Source of the DNA: Gemmatimonadota bacterium
GTDB lineage: Bacteria > Gemmatimonadota > Gemmatimonadetes > Gemmatimonadales > GWC2-71-9
NCBI GenBank assembly: GCA_039586365.1
Contig: JBDHKN010000010.1
Location: 1 to 64,000 of the forward strand
Reading direction: 5' to 3'
DNA: 64,000 nucleotides
This document shows positions 30,040 through 39,751 of the stretch, in pieces. The position numbers and the translations under genes are program-made. The notes beneath the pieces are model-generated. The model worked only from the letters and a program-made list of their open reading frames with translations. It was not told where the DNA came from and made no database searches. The stretch's first letter is position 1; every line of letters starts with the position of its first letter.

Positions 30040-30483
30040 CTACGCCCGCTTCATCCGCTCTTCTGCTTGGTTTTGTCTGTGGCATGACAACGACAAGATC
30101 TTGCGCACGTTCAACAGCAGACTGCTGTCGGTGATCGGTTTGTCTAGGTACCCATCTGGTTTGGGCACAGTGCGTTGATAGATCAGTCCGCGTAGCTCCG
30201 GCCTTCCAGAGATTATGCACACTGGGATGCTTGCAAGCTCCGGGTCTTTGCGCATCTCTTCAAAAACCTGACCTCCGTCCTTTCCCGGCATCGAGATGTC
30301 CAGCGTCACCAGGTCAGGGATCTCTCTTCTGGCCACTTCCAACGCCTCATCACCGTCACGGGCTTCGAACACCTTTGCACCGTTGTCCTCGAGCACGGTG
30401 GAGATAAAGGCAAGCGTATCGGGTTCGTCATCAACCACAAGAATCTTGAAATTGGCAAGATCGATCACCTCGCACCCCTCCAT
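30040..30483 (-). CDS. Single-domain response regulator
   Basis: ILVVDDE, VTLDISMP, IISG and DKP. The start may be a few codons downstream. Confidence 0.88.
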   Translation of the reverse strand: MEGCEVIDLANFKILVVDDEPDTLAFISTVLEDNGAKVFEARDGDEALEVARREIPDLVTLDISMPGKDGGQVFEEMRKDPELASIPVCIISGRPELRGLIYQRTVPKPDGYLDKPITDSSLLLNVRKILSLSCHRQNQAEERMKRA

Positions 30484-30648
30484 TTCCTAAAACGTCCCGC
30501 GGCAACGTCTCGTCTGAGCCATCTCATCTCGGCTGCACGATATGTCTTCCGCGGTGTCGCACCAGCCTATGCTCGGAACCCACGTTCCCTAATACATGCT
30601 AGATGACAAGGGAGTCTAGTACAATGCGAGATTAGCCCTACATGAATC

Positions 30649-30662
30649 ACGGTTTTTACCTA
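30649..30662 (-). promoter_or_regulatory. TASGTA-N4-CCRY motif copy (TAGGTAAAAACCGT)
   Basis: Divergent region between the REC gene and the hyp operon. Confidence 0.5.
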
Positions 30663-30735
30663 CTGGTACAACTGATTGACGGGTGCTACGGCAGCACTCA
30701 GCAGTGAAGTCGCCATTCGAGTATTATCCGCTGCC

Positions 30736-30749
30736 TAGGTATTGCCCGC
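30736..30749 (+). promoter_or_regulatory. TASGTA-N4-CCRY motif copy (TAGGTATTGCCCGC)
   Basis: Upstream of hypA. Confidence 0.4.
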
Positions 30750-31134
30750 AGTCCCCGCACGTACAAGTCCTGATTCCGCCTCCTGGCGGCCTGCTACATT
30801 GTGTTTGTTGTGCTCGGCGCTGTTCACGGGGCTGTCGTGGATGCATACAGGCGGTGAGACTTGCTTGGGAGCGCTCCGTCCAGCCACCGGCCTCCGGCAC
30901 CTTGATTGAGGCAGGATTCAGAGGTGCTTGCAGGCACAGCAGACGTCCGCTGGCTGGCAGTCCGCACAGGGTGGTGCTGCCCGAAATCACAGCACGTGCG
31001 AGACAAGTGGTGACCTCGGATCAGCTGCCGCAGGATTCACGAACCAGCGGCGGCACATACTACGAATCTGTTGTGTCGCGACCGGCTCCTCTGTCACAGC
31101 TCATGACGAGTCTGGTCGGAGAGCAGCGTAGACG

Positions 31135-31395
31135 ATGCACGAGCTGAGCATTGCACTAGAAGTTTCTAGAATCGCACAAGACTACGTCGGCCGTGATCAG
31201 CTACGCAAAGTGGTGCAACTGGGGATGGACGTGGGGGAAGAAGCCGGGGTCGAGGTAAGTAGCCTTGAGTTCTGTCTTGAAGCGGTTCTCACCCAGCCAC
31301 CCTTCCATAATGTCAGGGTTGTCATCAGGAGTGTATCGGGCGATGTCTTGCGCCTATCATACTTGGAGACCGAAGATGGCCGTTCGAAGAATTGA
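31135..31395 (+). CDS. hypA: Hydrogenase nickel chaperone HypA, short form without zinc finger
   Basis: MHELSIA start, VGE..GVE..SLEFC and G..LRL..LE; no CxxC pairs. First gene of the hyp operon. Confidence 0.85.
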   Translation: MHELSIALEVSRIAQDYVGRDQLRKVVQLGMDVGEEAGVEVSSLEFCLEAVLTQPPFHNVRVVIRSVSGDVLRLSYLETEDGRSKN

Positions 31396-32044
31396 CGTGC
31401 GCGAGCGCGTTATGGCGAAGAATGACGAACTGGCCGCGGAGGTACGGAGGCGGCTGCGGCATCATGGCCTTTGCGGATTCAACCTCGTCTCCTCTCCTGG
31501 TTCTGGCAAGACTCTGCTACTCGAACGGACGCTGGAGAAGCTGGGTGAACGGCTCAGCATCGCCGTAGTCACGGGTGATGTACAGACGCAGAATGACGCT
31601 GACCGGCTGGCAAAGCGTACGAGCAGACTCGTGCAGGCTGTAGTAACTGGAGGTGCATGCCATCTGGACGCTCGACAGATCATGAAAGCCCTGGACGAGA
31701 TAGATCTATCCAAGACCGACCTGCTGCTTATCGAGAACGTGGGTAACCTGGTCTGTCCCGCCAGCTGGGACCTGGGTGAGACGGCAAAAGTGGTTCTGTT
31801 TTCGGTCACTGAGGGAGAAGACAAGCCGGTCAAGTATCCCAAGATGTTCCGCGAGTCCCGCTACGCCATTCTGAACAAGGTCGACCTACTGCAACATCTC
31901 GATTTCGACATCGACAAAGCGGTATCCTACGCAAAAGAGACAAACCCCGACCTCCAGTTCTTCTTCACCTCCGCACTCACAGGTGAGGGAATGGACGAGT
32001 GGTACGGGTTTCTTGAGGCTTTTGGCGCGGAGGCACACATATAG
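31376..32044 (+). CDS. hypB: Hydrogenase nickel incorporation GTPase
   Basis: SSPGSGKT, GGACHLDA, ENVGNLVCPA, EGEDKPVKYP and NKVDL. Confidence 0.96.
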   Translation: MAVRRIDVRERVMAKNDELAAEVRRRLRHHGLCGFNLVSSPGSGKTLLLERTLEKLGERLSIAVVTGDVQTQNDADRLAKRTSRLVQAVVTGGACHLDARQIMKALDEIDLSKTDLLLIENVGNLVCPASWDLGETAKVVLFSVTEGEDKPVKYPKMFRESRYAILNKVDLLQHLDFDIDKAVSYAKETNPDLQFFFTSALTGEGMDEWYGFLEAFGAEAHI

Positions 32045-34368
32045 TGACGACGACGGTGCAAACAGCCAACCGTGTGGCCCTGAGTGTCAGCGTCAGGGGA
32101 GTCGTGCAGGGCGTAGGTTTTCGTCCCTTCGTCCACCGGCTTGCATTGGAGTATGGAATTTGCGGTTGGGTACGGAACGAGTCTGGCCAGGTACGGATGG
32201 CCGTCGAAGGACCCCAGTCAGCCGTAGATAGGTTCGTTCACGACCTCACAGCCAAGGCCCCACCTCTGGCCAGGATCGACTCGCTGCACGTGGTAGGGAC
32301 TGCCTCGCAGGACATTCAGGAGTTCAGGATCTGCGCGAGTCACGACCAACCGGATCGGCGCCAGCCAGTATCTCCGGACATGGCGCTGTGCCGACGCTGT
32401 GAAGCCGAGCTGTTCGATCCACACAACCGCCGGTTCCGCTACCCGTTCATCACCTGTACCGACTGCGGACCGCGCTACACAATTGTCCACTCGATGCCGT
32501 TCGACCGGGAGCGCACCAGCATGAGGGCCTTCACCCAGTGTACCGCATGTTCCCGGGAATACCACACGCCTGAGGATCGTCGCTACCACTGCGAGAGCAA
32601 CAGTTGCCACGACTGCGGCCCCCGCTTGTGGCTCGAATCGGCAGATCAAGGCACCGCTATCTATGGCCGCGAGGAGGCACTACAAAAGGCCGCTGACCTG
32701 TTGCTGCGAGGTCAAATCCTCGCACTGCGAGGACTGGGCGGCTTCCACCTGGCAGTGGATGCAACTGATGAGGCCGCCGTGGAACGGCTCAGAGCCCGTA
32801 AGAACCGTGAAGCAAAACCACTAGCGGTAATGGTCCGAACCGTAGCACAGGCACGTGATTTGGGACTGGTCAGCTCAGAGGAGCGGCAACTACTCACGTC
32901 GGCGGAGCGACCCGTGGTACTGCTCGATGCGAAACGTGATTCGACCCTGGCTCCGTCGGTAGCACCTGACCTCGACACCGTCGGCGTCATGACAGCGTAC
33001 ACGCCCTTGCATCACCTGCTGTTGGATCTGGTTCGTCGACCCCTCGTGATGACCAGTGGAAACTCGAGTGCAGAGCCAATCGCGATCGGGAACGACGATG
33101 CGCGGGAGAAGCTCGGCAATGTAGCCGATGCTTTCTTGATGCACGATCGCGAGATCATTGGCCGGTACGATGACTCGGTAGTCCGCCTGGTCGACGCTGC
33201 TCCGGTGTTGCTCAGGCGGGCCCGTGGATACGCGCCGCTCCCCGTGACGATGCCGGTCGCGACACCTGCGCCCCTGGTCGCAGTTGGTCCCCACTTCAAG
33301 CACACCTTCACCCTAGCGCAGGGCAGCACCGCGTACATGAGTCAGCACATAGGCGATCTCGAGAACTTGGAGACATTGGAACACTTTAGCGCCACGTTGG
33401 AAGCATACAGTCGTATGTTCCGCATCGTGCCAGAAGTTGCGGTGAGAGACTTACACCCTGCCTACCTCTCGAGCCGCGTGGCGGAGGAGTTGGGATTGGC
33501 TGCGACGTTGACGGTCCAACACCATCACGCTCACATCGCTGCTGTGGCTGCCGAACATGGGATAACCGATTGTGTTATCGGAGTTGCATATGATGGTACC
33601 GGATACGGAGACGATGGAGCTGTGTGGGGTGGCGAGATCCTCGTCGCCGATCTGACAGCATACGACAGGTTATGCCAACTGCGCTACGCTCCCCTGCCGG
33701 GTGGCGACCTTGCTGCTCGCCGGCCGTGGCGAGCTGCTCTGGGCTACCTGTCACTGGACCGCACGACGCTACGGGCATTCGGCGCAGCTCTTGAAGGACT
33801 GAACGAGACTGAGGTATCCGTTGCGCAGCAACAGATCGAACGAGCAATCAATGCACCAGTCGCCTCTTCCATGGGTCGTCTGTTCGATGCAGCAGCAGCC
33901 GTGCTTGGCGTGCGGCGGGTCTCACGGTATGAAGGTCACGCTGCCATGGAACTCGAGGCCCTGGCTGGTAGAGGCGCTGCGGATCCGCTGCCATTCCCGG
34001 TGGTGGAAGGCGCAGGAGTCAGTTGGGTGATGGACCCTCTTCCCTTGCTTGTTGCACTCGGTGAGCGGCGCCTGGCCGGCGAAGATGTTGCATCTCTGGC
34101 CGCACGATTCCATGAGAGCCTGGCCTGTGCAACTGTTACGGCGGTCAGACGGGTCAGGACCGCAAGTGGGATCAGTACCGTCGCCCTGGGAGGTGGCGTG
34201 TTTCAAAATCGGCGTCTGCTCTCATCAGTAACTGGGGGGCTCAAGGACGCGGGATTCAGAGTCTTGGTACCGCGACGTTTGAGCCCTAACGACGGGGCCA
34301 TCAGCTTCGGGCAGGCCGCTGTTGCCGCGGCATTGCTGAGAGATGGCAAAGTAGCTTCACCTCACTGA
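32044..34368 (+). CDS. hypF: Carbamoyltransferase HypF
   Basis: GVVQGVGFRPFV acylphosphatase domain, zinc-finger CxxC motifs, QHHHAH, DGTGYG and NDGAISFGQ. Confidence 0.97.
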   Translation: MTTTVQTANRVALSVSVRGVVQGVGFRPFVHRLALEYGICGWVRNESGQVRMAVEGPQSAVDRFVHDLTAKAPPLARIDSLHVVGTASQDIQEFRICASHDQPDRRQPVSPDMALCRRCEAELFDPHNRRFRYPFITCTDCGPRYTIVHSMPFDRERTSMRAFTQCTACSREYHTPEDRRYHCESNSCHDCGPRLWLESADQGTAIYGREEALQKAADLLLRGQILALRGLGGFHLAVDATDEAAVERLRARKNREAKPLAVMVRTVAQARDLGLVSSEERQLLTSAERPVVLLDAKRDSTLAPSVAPDLDTVGVMTAYTPLHHLLLDLVRRPLVMTSGNSSAEPIAIGNDDAREKLGNVADAFLMHDREIIGRYDDSVVRLVDAAPVLLRRARGYAPLPVTMPVATPAPLVAVGPHFKHTFTLAQGSTAYMSQHIGDLENLETLEHFSATLEAYSRMFRIVPEVAVRDLHPAYLSSRVAEELGLAATLTVQHHHAHIAAVAAEHGITDCVIGVAYDGTGYGDDGAVWGGEILVADLTAYDRLCQLRYAPLPGGDLAARRPWRAALGYLSLDRTTLRAFGAALEGLNETEVSVAQQQIERAINAPVASSMGRLFDAAAAVLGVRRVSRYEGHAAMELEALAGRGAADPLPFPVVEGAGVSWVMDPLPLLVALGERRLAGEDVASLAARFHESLACATVTAVRRVRTASGISTVALGGGVFQNRRLLSSVTGGLKDAGFRVLVPRRLSPNDGAISFGQAAVAAALLRDGKVASPH

Positions 34369-34387
34369 GCCCGGAGTCACAGTAAAC

Positions 34388-34681
34388 ATGTGTCTTGGCA
34401 TTCCCGGCCGCATCGTCGAGATCAGCAACGAGGGACGGTTCCCTATGGGCGTGGTGGATTTTGGGGGCGTGCAGCGCGACGTATGTCTAGCATTTGTGGG
34501 CGATGACGTCGGAGTAGGGCACTACGTGATCGTGCATGTCGGGTTCGCCATCTCAGTCGTGGATGAGCAGGAAGCCAACCGCACCCGCGAACTCCTGACT
34601 GAATTGGTGCGGCCCGGCGTCGTCGGGTCGGCTGCCGAACCTGGAATCAATCGGCTGGCTCGCAAGCCCGGTCTTCTGTGA
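34388..34681 (+). CDS. hypC: Hydrogenase chaperone HypC
   Basis: [23 protein letters not shown]. Confidence 0.96.
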   Translation: MCLGIPGRIVEISNEGRFPMGVVDFGGVQRDVCLAFVGDDVGVGHYVIVHVGFAISVVDEQEANRTRELLTELVRPGVVGSAAEPGINRLARKPGLL

Positions 34682-35787
34682 AGTACCTGTCTGAGTATCG
34701 TGATGGGGATATCGCCCGCGGCTTGGTGCAAACGATCCGTAGTGTGACCACGCGCTGCTGGGTGCTAATGGAGGTCTGCGGTGGGCAGACCCACACCATC
34801 GTGAGATATGGTATCGACGAACTCCTAGTGGACTCGGTGGAGTTGATCCACGGTCCAGGGTGCCCCGTGTGCGTGACTCCTCTCGCACAGATCGATCGAG
34901 CCCTGGCACTGGCTTCGCGCCGGAATGTGATATTCACATCGTTCGGCGATATGCTACGTGTCCCCGGAAGTAAGTCCGATCTACAACAAGTTCGCGCGGG
35001 GGGCGGTGACGTGAGGGTCGTGTATTCACCACTGGACGCTCTCGAGATCGCCCGCAGCAATCCAGCTCGGGAGGTCGTTTTCTTTGCAGTGGGTTTTGAG
35101 ACCACCGCTCCTGCCAACGCGATGGCAGTGTGGCGCGCCAAGGAACTCGACGTCCGCAACTTCTCGGTACTCGCGTCGCACGTGACGGTACTACCAGCCA
35201 TGGCAGCGATCGTGGAATCACCGCAGAACCGTGTGCAAGCATTCTTGGCGGCTGGCCACGTGTGCACGGTCATGGGCTGGACGGAGTACGAGCCACTGGC
35301 CGAGAAATACAGAGTTCCAATCATCGTTACGGGATTCGAGCCGGTGGACCTACTGGAGGGAATCCTGCTGGCCGTGCGACAGCTGGAGAGTGGCCGCCAC
35401 CAGGTCGAGAATCAATACCGTCGATCCGTGAAGAGAGAAGGCAATCTTGCTGCTAGAGAGATGGTCTCGACCGTATTCAAACCGGTGGACCGTTCCTGGC
35501 GAGGGATGGGACCCATACCGGCGAGCGGCCTCGCTCTCCGGGAAGAGTTCGTAGCGTTTGATGCTGAGCTAAAATTCGAGCTGCAAAACATAGCTGTGGC
35601 CGAGTCGGACAGGTGCCGAGCGGGAGACGTACTGCGTGGCCACCTGAAACCCTTCGAGTGTCCGGCGTTCGCCGGCGAATGCACACCGGAATCTCCCCTG
35701 GGAGCGCCCATGGTTTCGTCTGAGGGTGCTTGCGCAGCGTTCTACAACTACCGTCGCCATCGTACTGCCGACGGCCTGAAGCGGTAA
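34678..35787 (+). CDS. hypD: Hydrogenase maturation protein HypD
   Basis: [25 protein letters not shown] and PMVSSEGAC. Confidence 0.97.
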   Translation: MKYLSEYRDGDIARGLVQTIRSVTTRCWVLMEVCGGQTHTIVRYGIDELLVDSVELIHGPGCPVCVTPLAQIDRALALASRRNVIFTSFGDMLRVPGSKSDLQQVRAGGGDVRVVYSPLDALEIARSNPAREVVFFAVGFETTAPANAMAVWRAKELDVRNFSVLASHVTVLPAMAAIVESPQNRVQAFLAAGHVCTVMGWTEYEPLAEKYRVPIIVTGFEPVDLLEGILLAVRQLESGRHQVENQYRRSVKREGNLAAREMVSTVFKPVDRSWRGMGPIPASGLALREEFVAFDAELKFELQNIAVAESDRCRAGDVLRGHLKPFECPAFAGECTPESPLGAPMVSSEGACAAFYNYRRHRTADGLKR

Positions 35788-35788
35788 C

Positions 35789-36853
35789 ATGGCAGGCTCT
35801 TCGTCTTTCACTGGGAGAATGCATTGTCCTATGCCACATTCCCGGTACGATCGGGTACAGCTGGGACACGGATCCGGTGGGAAGATGAGTGCAGCTCTTA
35901 TCCGGGACTGGTTTCTGCCGCATTTCGCCAATGACGCGTTAGAGCAACTCGGTGACGCCGCAGTGGTTGATCTGCAGTCGGGGAGAGTAGCCATATCTAC
36001 CGACACATTTGTAGTGAAACCGCTAGAGTTCCCCGGTGGCAACATTGGTTCCTTGGCGGTTCACGGAACCCTCAACGACCTCGGGATGATGGGGGCGAAA
36101 CCCCGCTACATTTCGGCGGGCTTCGTGTTGGAGGAAGGCCTCTCACTGGAGGTGCTGGATCGAATACTCCATGCAATGGCCGCTGCTTCACGAGAAGCCG
36201 GAGTACCCATCGTGACCGGCGACACGAAAGTCGTCGAGCGAGGAAAGGCCGACGGGGTCTTCATAAACACTACAGGTCTCGGCGAAGTAGACGCGGGATT
36301 CGCACCCGCTCCCAACCTTGGCCGCCCGGACGATGCCGTCATCATCAGTGGGGCTATCGGGCGTCACGGCATTGCGGTCATCGCCGCCCGCAACGAGCTA
36401 GGTTTCGACGTAGACATCGAAAGTGATTCAGTCAATCTCTGTCCGCTAGTCGAGATGCTCAGGATGGAGGTGGGTGATAGCGTGCACGTCTTGCGGGATC
36501 CAACCCGGGGGGGACTCGCCAGCTCTCTGAATGAAATCGCTGCTGCATCACGCGTAGGGATCGAGTTGGACGAAGCCCGAATCCCGATTCCAGAGCCGGT
36601 GACAGCGACGTGTGAAATGCTGGGCTTCGATCCCCTGTACGTAGCCAACGAAGGTATTATGGTGGCTCTGGTGGACGGCACTGCCGCGACGACGGCTGTA
36701 GCAGCAATGCGGGCAGTTTCGCTTGGCGGACAGGCAACCGTGATTGGAAGAGCCACTGCCGAGCACTCGGGACTCGTCACGCTCAAGACTCGAATAGGCG
36801 GCAGCCGTATTGTCGCTATGCTTCCGGGTGACCAGCTACCGCGAATCTGTTGA
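35789..36853 (+). CDS. hypE: Hydrogenase maturation protein HypE
   Basis: GHGSGG, VTGDTKVV, RDPTRGG and C-terminal LPRIC. Confidence 0.97.
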   Translation: MAGSSSFTGRMHCPMPHSRYDRVQLGHGSGGKMSAALIRDWFLPHFANDALEQLGDAAVVDLQSGRVAISTDTFVVKPLEFPGGNIGSLAVHGTLNDLGMMGAKPRYISAGFVLEEGLSLEVLDRILHAMAAASREAGVPIVTGDTKVVERGKADGVFINTTGLGEVDAGFAPAPNLGRPDDAVIISGAIGRHGIAVIAARNELGFDVDIESDSVNLCPLVEMLRMEVGDSVHVLRDPTRGGLASSLNEIAAASRVGIELDEARIPIPEPVTATCEMLGFDPLYVANEGIMVALVDGTAATTAVAAMRAVSLGGQATVIGRATAEHSGLVTLKTRIGGSRIVAMLPGDQLPRIC

Positions 36854-37014
36854 GGTGGTCTGGCCGTCCACAGGCTGCTTTGTCCTAGGAACTGGAAAAA
36901 CTACTGGACCCGGGTGATACCTCCCGACCCTCATACGCGGCCACACGAACCACCGTGCGGTCCAACACTAGTGTCGTTCAACAGAACGGGATCCGTTCAC
37001 AACTGAGGTTAATC

Positions 37015-37908
37015 ATGGCGTTCACCAGTAGATCGTGGCAAACCGTGAGCCTGGCTGTGCTGCTCGCGTCGGCAAGTTGTGCGGACGAAGCGACGGAGAT
37101 GCCTGAGCAGGAGTGGCCACGGCGTGTGCTCATCACCAACGACGATGGAATCGACTCTCGAGCCACTCTTGAACTGGCAAGGGCCTTTGCGCAATCAGCG
37201 GAGACATATCTAGTCGCACCGGCGCAGAATCAAAGCTCAGGCACCAACTTCGCGGCTGCGGCACGCACCTCGCGTTTCGAAGTCGAAGTGCGGGATGTAG
37301 GCGCGGGGATCACGGCCTGGGCGGTGGATGGCTACCCCGCCGATTGCGTGTTCTTCGCACTCGCGGGGCCGATGCGGGATGCGCCGCCCGACCTCGTAAT
37401 CTCAGGAGTCAACACCGGCGCAAATCTCGCGGACGCCTGGGTCCTTTCAGGGACGATCGGCGCTGCGCGGCTGGCAGCGTACTACGGCGTACGCGCGATC
37501 GCTGTATCCGGGATCGACAACGGCGATGCTTATGCTGTGGAGACGGTAGTGGCGTGGGTGGTCAAATTCGCTCAAAGCGAGGCGGTGCGCCGGACGCAGC
37601 CTCCGCAGTTTCTCACCGTTAGCCTACCGGTGGGTCCGGCATCGGGGATACGAGGAATCGACGTCATAGAGCGGGCACGGGGGCTAAGGGACATGCAGGC
37701 GCTGTTGTTGTCGCAGGACCCGGGTGGCCAGGGCCGACAGACCTGGTCTTTCGATGTCGTTCGCGATGCATTCCCGGCTCCTCAGAACACCGATGCGGCC
37801 GCGGTTGCGGATGGGAAGGTCGCCATTGTGGCGATGCGGGCGGACGAGAGCGACCCGGAGCTGCACAGCTGGCTGATGCGAAACGAGGATTTGATTCCGG
37901 CTTGGTGA
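37015..37908 (+). CDS. surE: SurE-family 5'/3'-nucleotidase with an N-terminal signal or lipoprotein peptide
   Basis: VLITNDDG, VAP..NQS, DGYPADCV, DLVISGVN.G.N and SGTIGAA. ATG 37015 follows GAGG. Confidence 0.88.
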   Translation: MAFTSRSWQTVSLAVLLASASCADEATEMPEQEWPRRVLITNDDGIDSRATLELARAFAQSAETYLVAPAQNQSSGTNFAAAARTSRFEVEVRDVGAGITAWAVDGYPADCVFFALAGPMRDAPPDLVISGVNTGANLADAWVLSGTIGAARLAAYYGVRAIAVSGIDNGDAYAVETVVAWVVKFAQSEAVRRTQPPQFLTVSLPVGPASGIRGIDVIERARGLRDMQALLLSQDPGGQGRQTWSFDVVRDAFPAPQNTDAAAVADGKVAIVAMRADESDPELHSWLMRNEDLIPAW

Positions 37909-38663
37909 ACCCAGAAGTCGATTCGCTGAGTTGGCTACGACTTCATCTGCGACGCCGTTGACGTTCGGCGGTGTGACCCTCATCGAAATCGGCCTGTATG
38001 CCACAGTGATGGTGCCAGGCCAAGCATAAGGCGAGTTCCCTTGCCTCGAGAGAGACCTCACTGACTTCAGGAGCGAACTCGCGATGGTCGTGAAGGCCGT
38101 CACTGCCGTCGTGGGGAACGCTGCTATCGCGAAGAGCCACGGCATTCTTGCACACAGGAGGCAGCGGCCCGCTGTCGTGATCCCATATACTACAAGCACT
38201 TACCCACATGCCGCGCTGGCACTCAACTCCTCCAGAACCACCGCTCCCTGGCTCTGGAGGATCTCGCGTTGCGGCACCGACTCGTGGTCGTTCGTAGTTC
38301 CGTGAAACGCCCAGCGCCAGCGGCGCAGCAATCGGTCATGGTGTACTGGGTCTCCCGGAATGCAGCTTGCTTGTCACCGGATACGGTCGTGCCGGTCCCG
38401 CCGCGGTCCACGACGTGCTCTTCGTGCGAACTGGCGCCGACGGTGGAGCGGTGCTTGATACCACCATGGTCGAGCAGGCGGATACGATGGAGAGCTCTCC
38501 TGGCGAAAACACTGGAGTATGCGTATTTCTTGTCCGTGCCGGACAGCAGCCTGGGCTCGGTCGAGTGGTGTTCCACACGGAAGCTCACCCGATTTGAAGG
38601 CTGGCCGCAGCAGTCTGCGTAGCATCCGTTCACCGATAGCGAGCCCGCCGAGGGGACTGAAGC

Positions 38664-39596
38664 ATGGAGCAGTTCACATCCTGGATGCAAAACGTGCTGG
38701 GCCTCGGGCCAACGGCTCAATGGAAGCTCCTGGCTACGCTGCTCGTCTTTCTCACGCTCGTCGTGGTGCGACGTTTGACCCTGTCCATGGTGCACCGGCG
38801 TACCGAGGACGTGCGGCAGCGCTACCGCTGGCACAAGTCGACGAGCTACGTAGCGTTCCTCTTCGGGCTCGTCATGGTAGTGGGTATCTGGGCGGGTGCA
38901 ATACGGTCGTTGGGGACCTTCCTGGGCCTCGTGTCGGCTGGGTTGGCCATCGCGCTGAAAGACCTCGTAGTGAACTTGGCAGGTTGGGTTTTCATTCTCT
39001 GGCGGCGCCCGTTCCAACTGGGCGACCGGATCCAGATCGGTGAGCACATGGGCGACGTCATCGACGTCCGTATCTTCCAGTTCACCCTCATGGAGATCGG
39101 CAATTGGGTCGCCGCCGATCAGAGCACGGGGCGTGTCATTCACGTGCCAAATGGAAAGGTGCTCACCGATGTGCTCGCGAACTACAGTAGGGGCTTCCAG
39201 TACATTTGGAATGAGCTTCCGGTTGTGGTCACGTTCGAGAGCGATTGGCGCAAGGCGAAGACCGTCCTCGAGGAGATCATAAACCGACATGGCAGTCGCC
39301 GCTCGGCAGCCGCTCAACGGGTTATCAAGGAAGTGTCCCGCAAGTTCATGATCTTCTACGCCAATCTGACACCGATCGTGTACACCCGGGTCGTAGATTT
39401 CGGGGTCGAGCTCACCATTCGCTACCTGTGCGACCCGCAGGAGAGGCGTGGTACGGCTCAGGCGATATGGGAAGATGTCTTGGATGCGTTTGCGAGGTTT
39501 GACAACATCGACTTCGCCTATCCGACGCAGCGGTTCTACAACAACCGGTTGGAGGGAAAGCTCGGAGCGAGGGCGCCGGTGGAACCCGAAACGTAG
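38664..39596 (+). CDS. MscS-family mechanosensitive channel
   Basis: GLVSAGLAIALKD, RPFQLGDRIQIG..GDVIDV, QSTGRVIHVPN and FAYPT. Confidence 0.92.
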   Translation: MEQFTSWMQNVLGLGPTAQWKLLATLLVFLTLVVVRRLTLSMVHRRTEDVRQRYRWHKSTSYVAFLFGLVMVVGIWAGAIRSLGTFLGLVSAGLAIALKDLVVNLAGWVFILWRRPFQLGDRIQIGEHMGDVIDVRIFQFTLMEIGNWVAADQSTGRVIHVPNGKVLTDVLANYSRGFQYIWNELPVVVTFESDWRKAKTVLEEIINRHGSRRSAAAQRVIKEVSRKFMIFYANLTPIVYTRVVDFGVELTIRYLCDPQERRGTAQAIWEDVLDAFARFDNIDFAYPTQRFYNNRLEGKLGARAPVEPET

Positions 39597-39751
39597 GCAG
39601 AAGGGCCGTTCTTCGAAGCGGCGCGCCAGGAGGTTGTTTGGCTGATGGCGAGATCGCAAACAACCATGAAGCGCATAGAGGCGAAGGCCAGATCAGACGT
39701 CCAGCCGAGTAAAGGCACTGCTCAAGAGGAAACGCTGACTGTAAGCTGGAG

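Noticed and set aside
30780..31134. NiCo riboswitch or small gene in the long hypA leader (ORF 30683-31147)
   Set aside because: I could not see the conserved riboswitch core, and the ORF resembles no family I know. An Infernal/Rfam scan would settle it.
38223..39659. 478-aa minus-strand ORF and similar long antisense ORFs (43117-44109, 55254-56456, 14773-15684)
   Set aside because: Shadow frames of well-supported genes on the opposite strand, common in GC-rich DNA.
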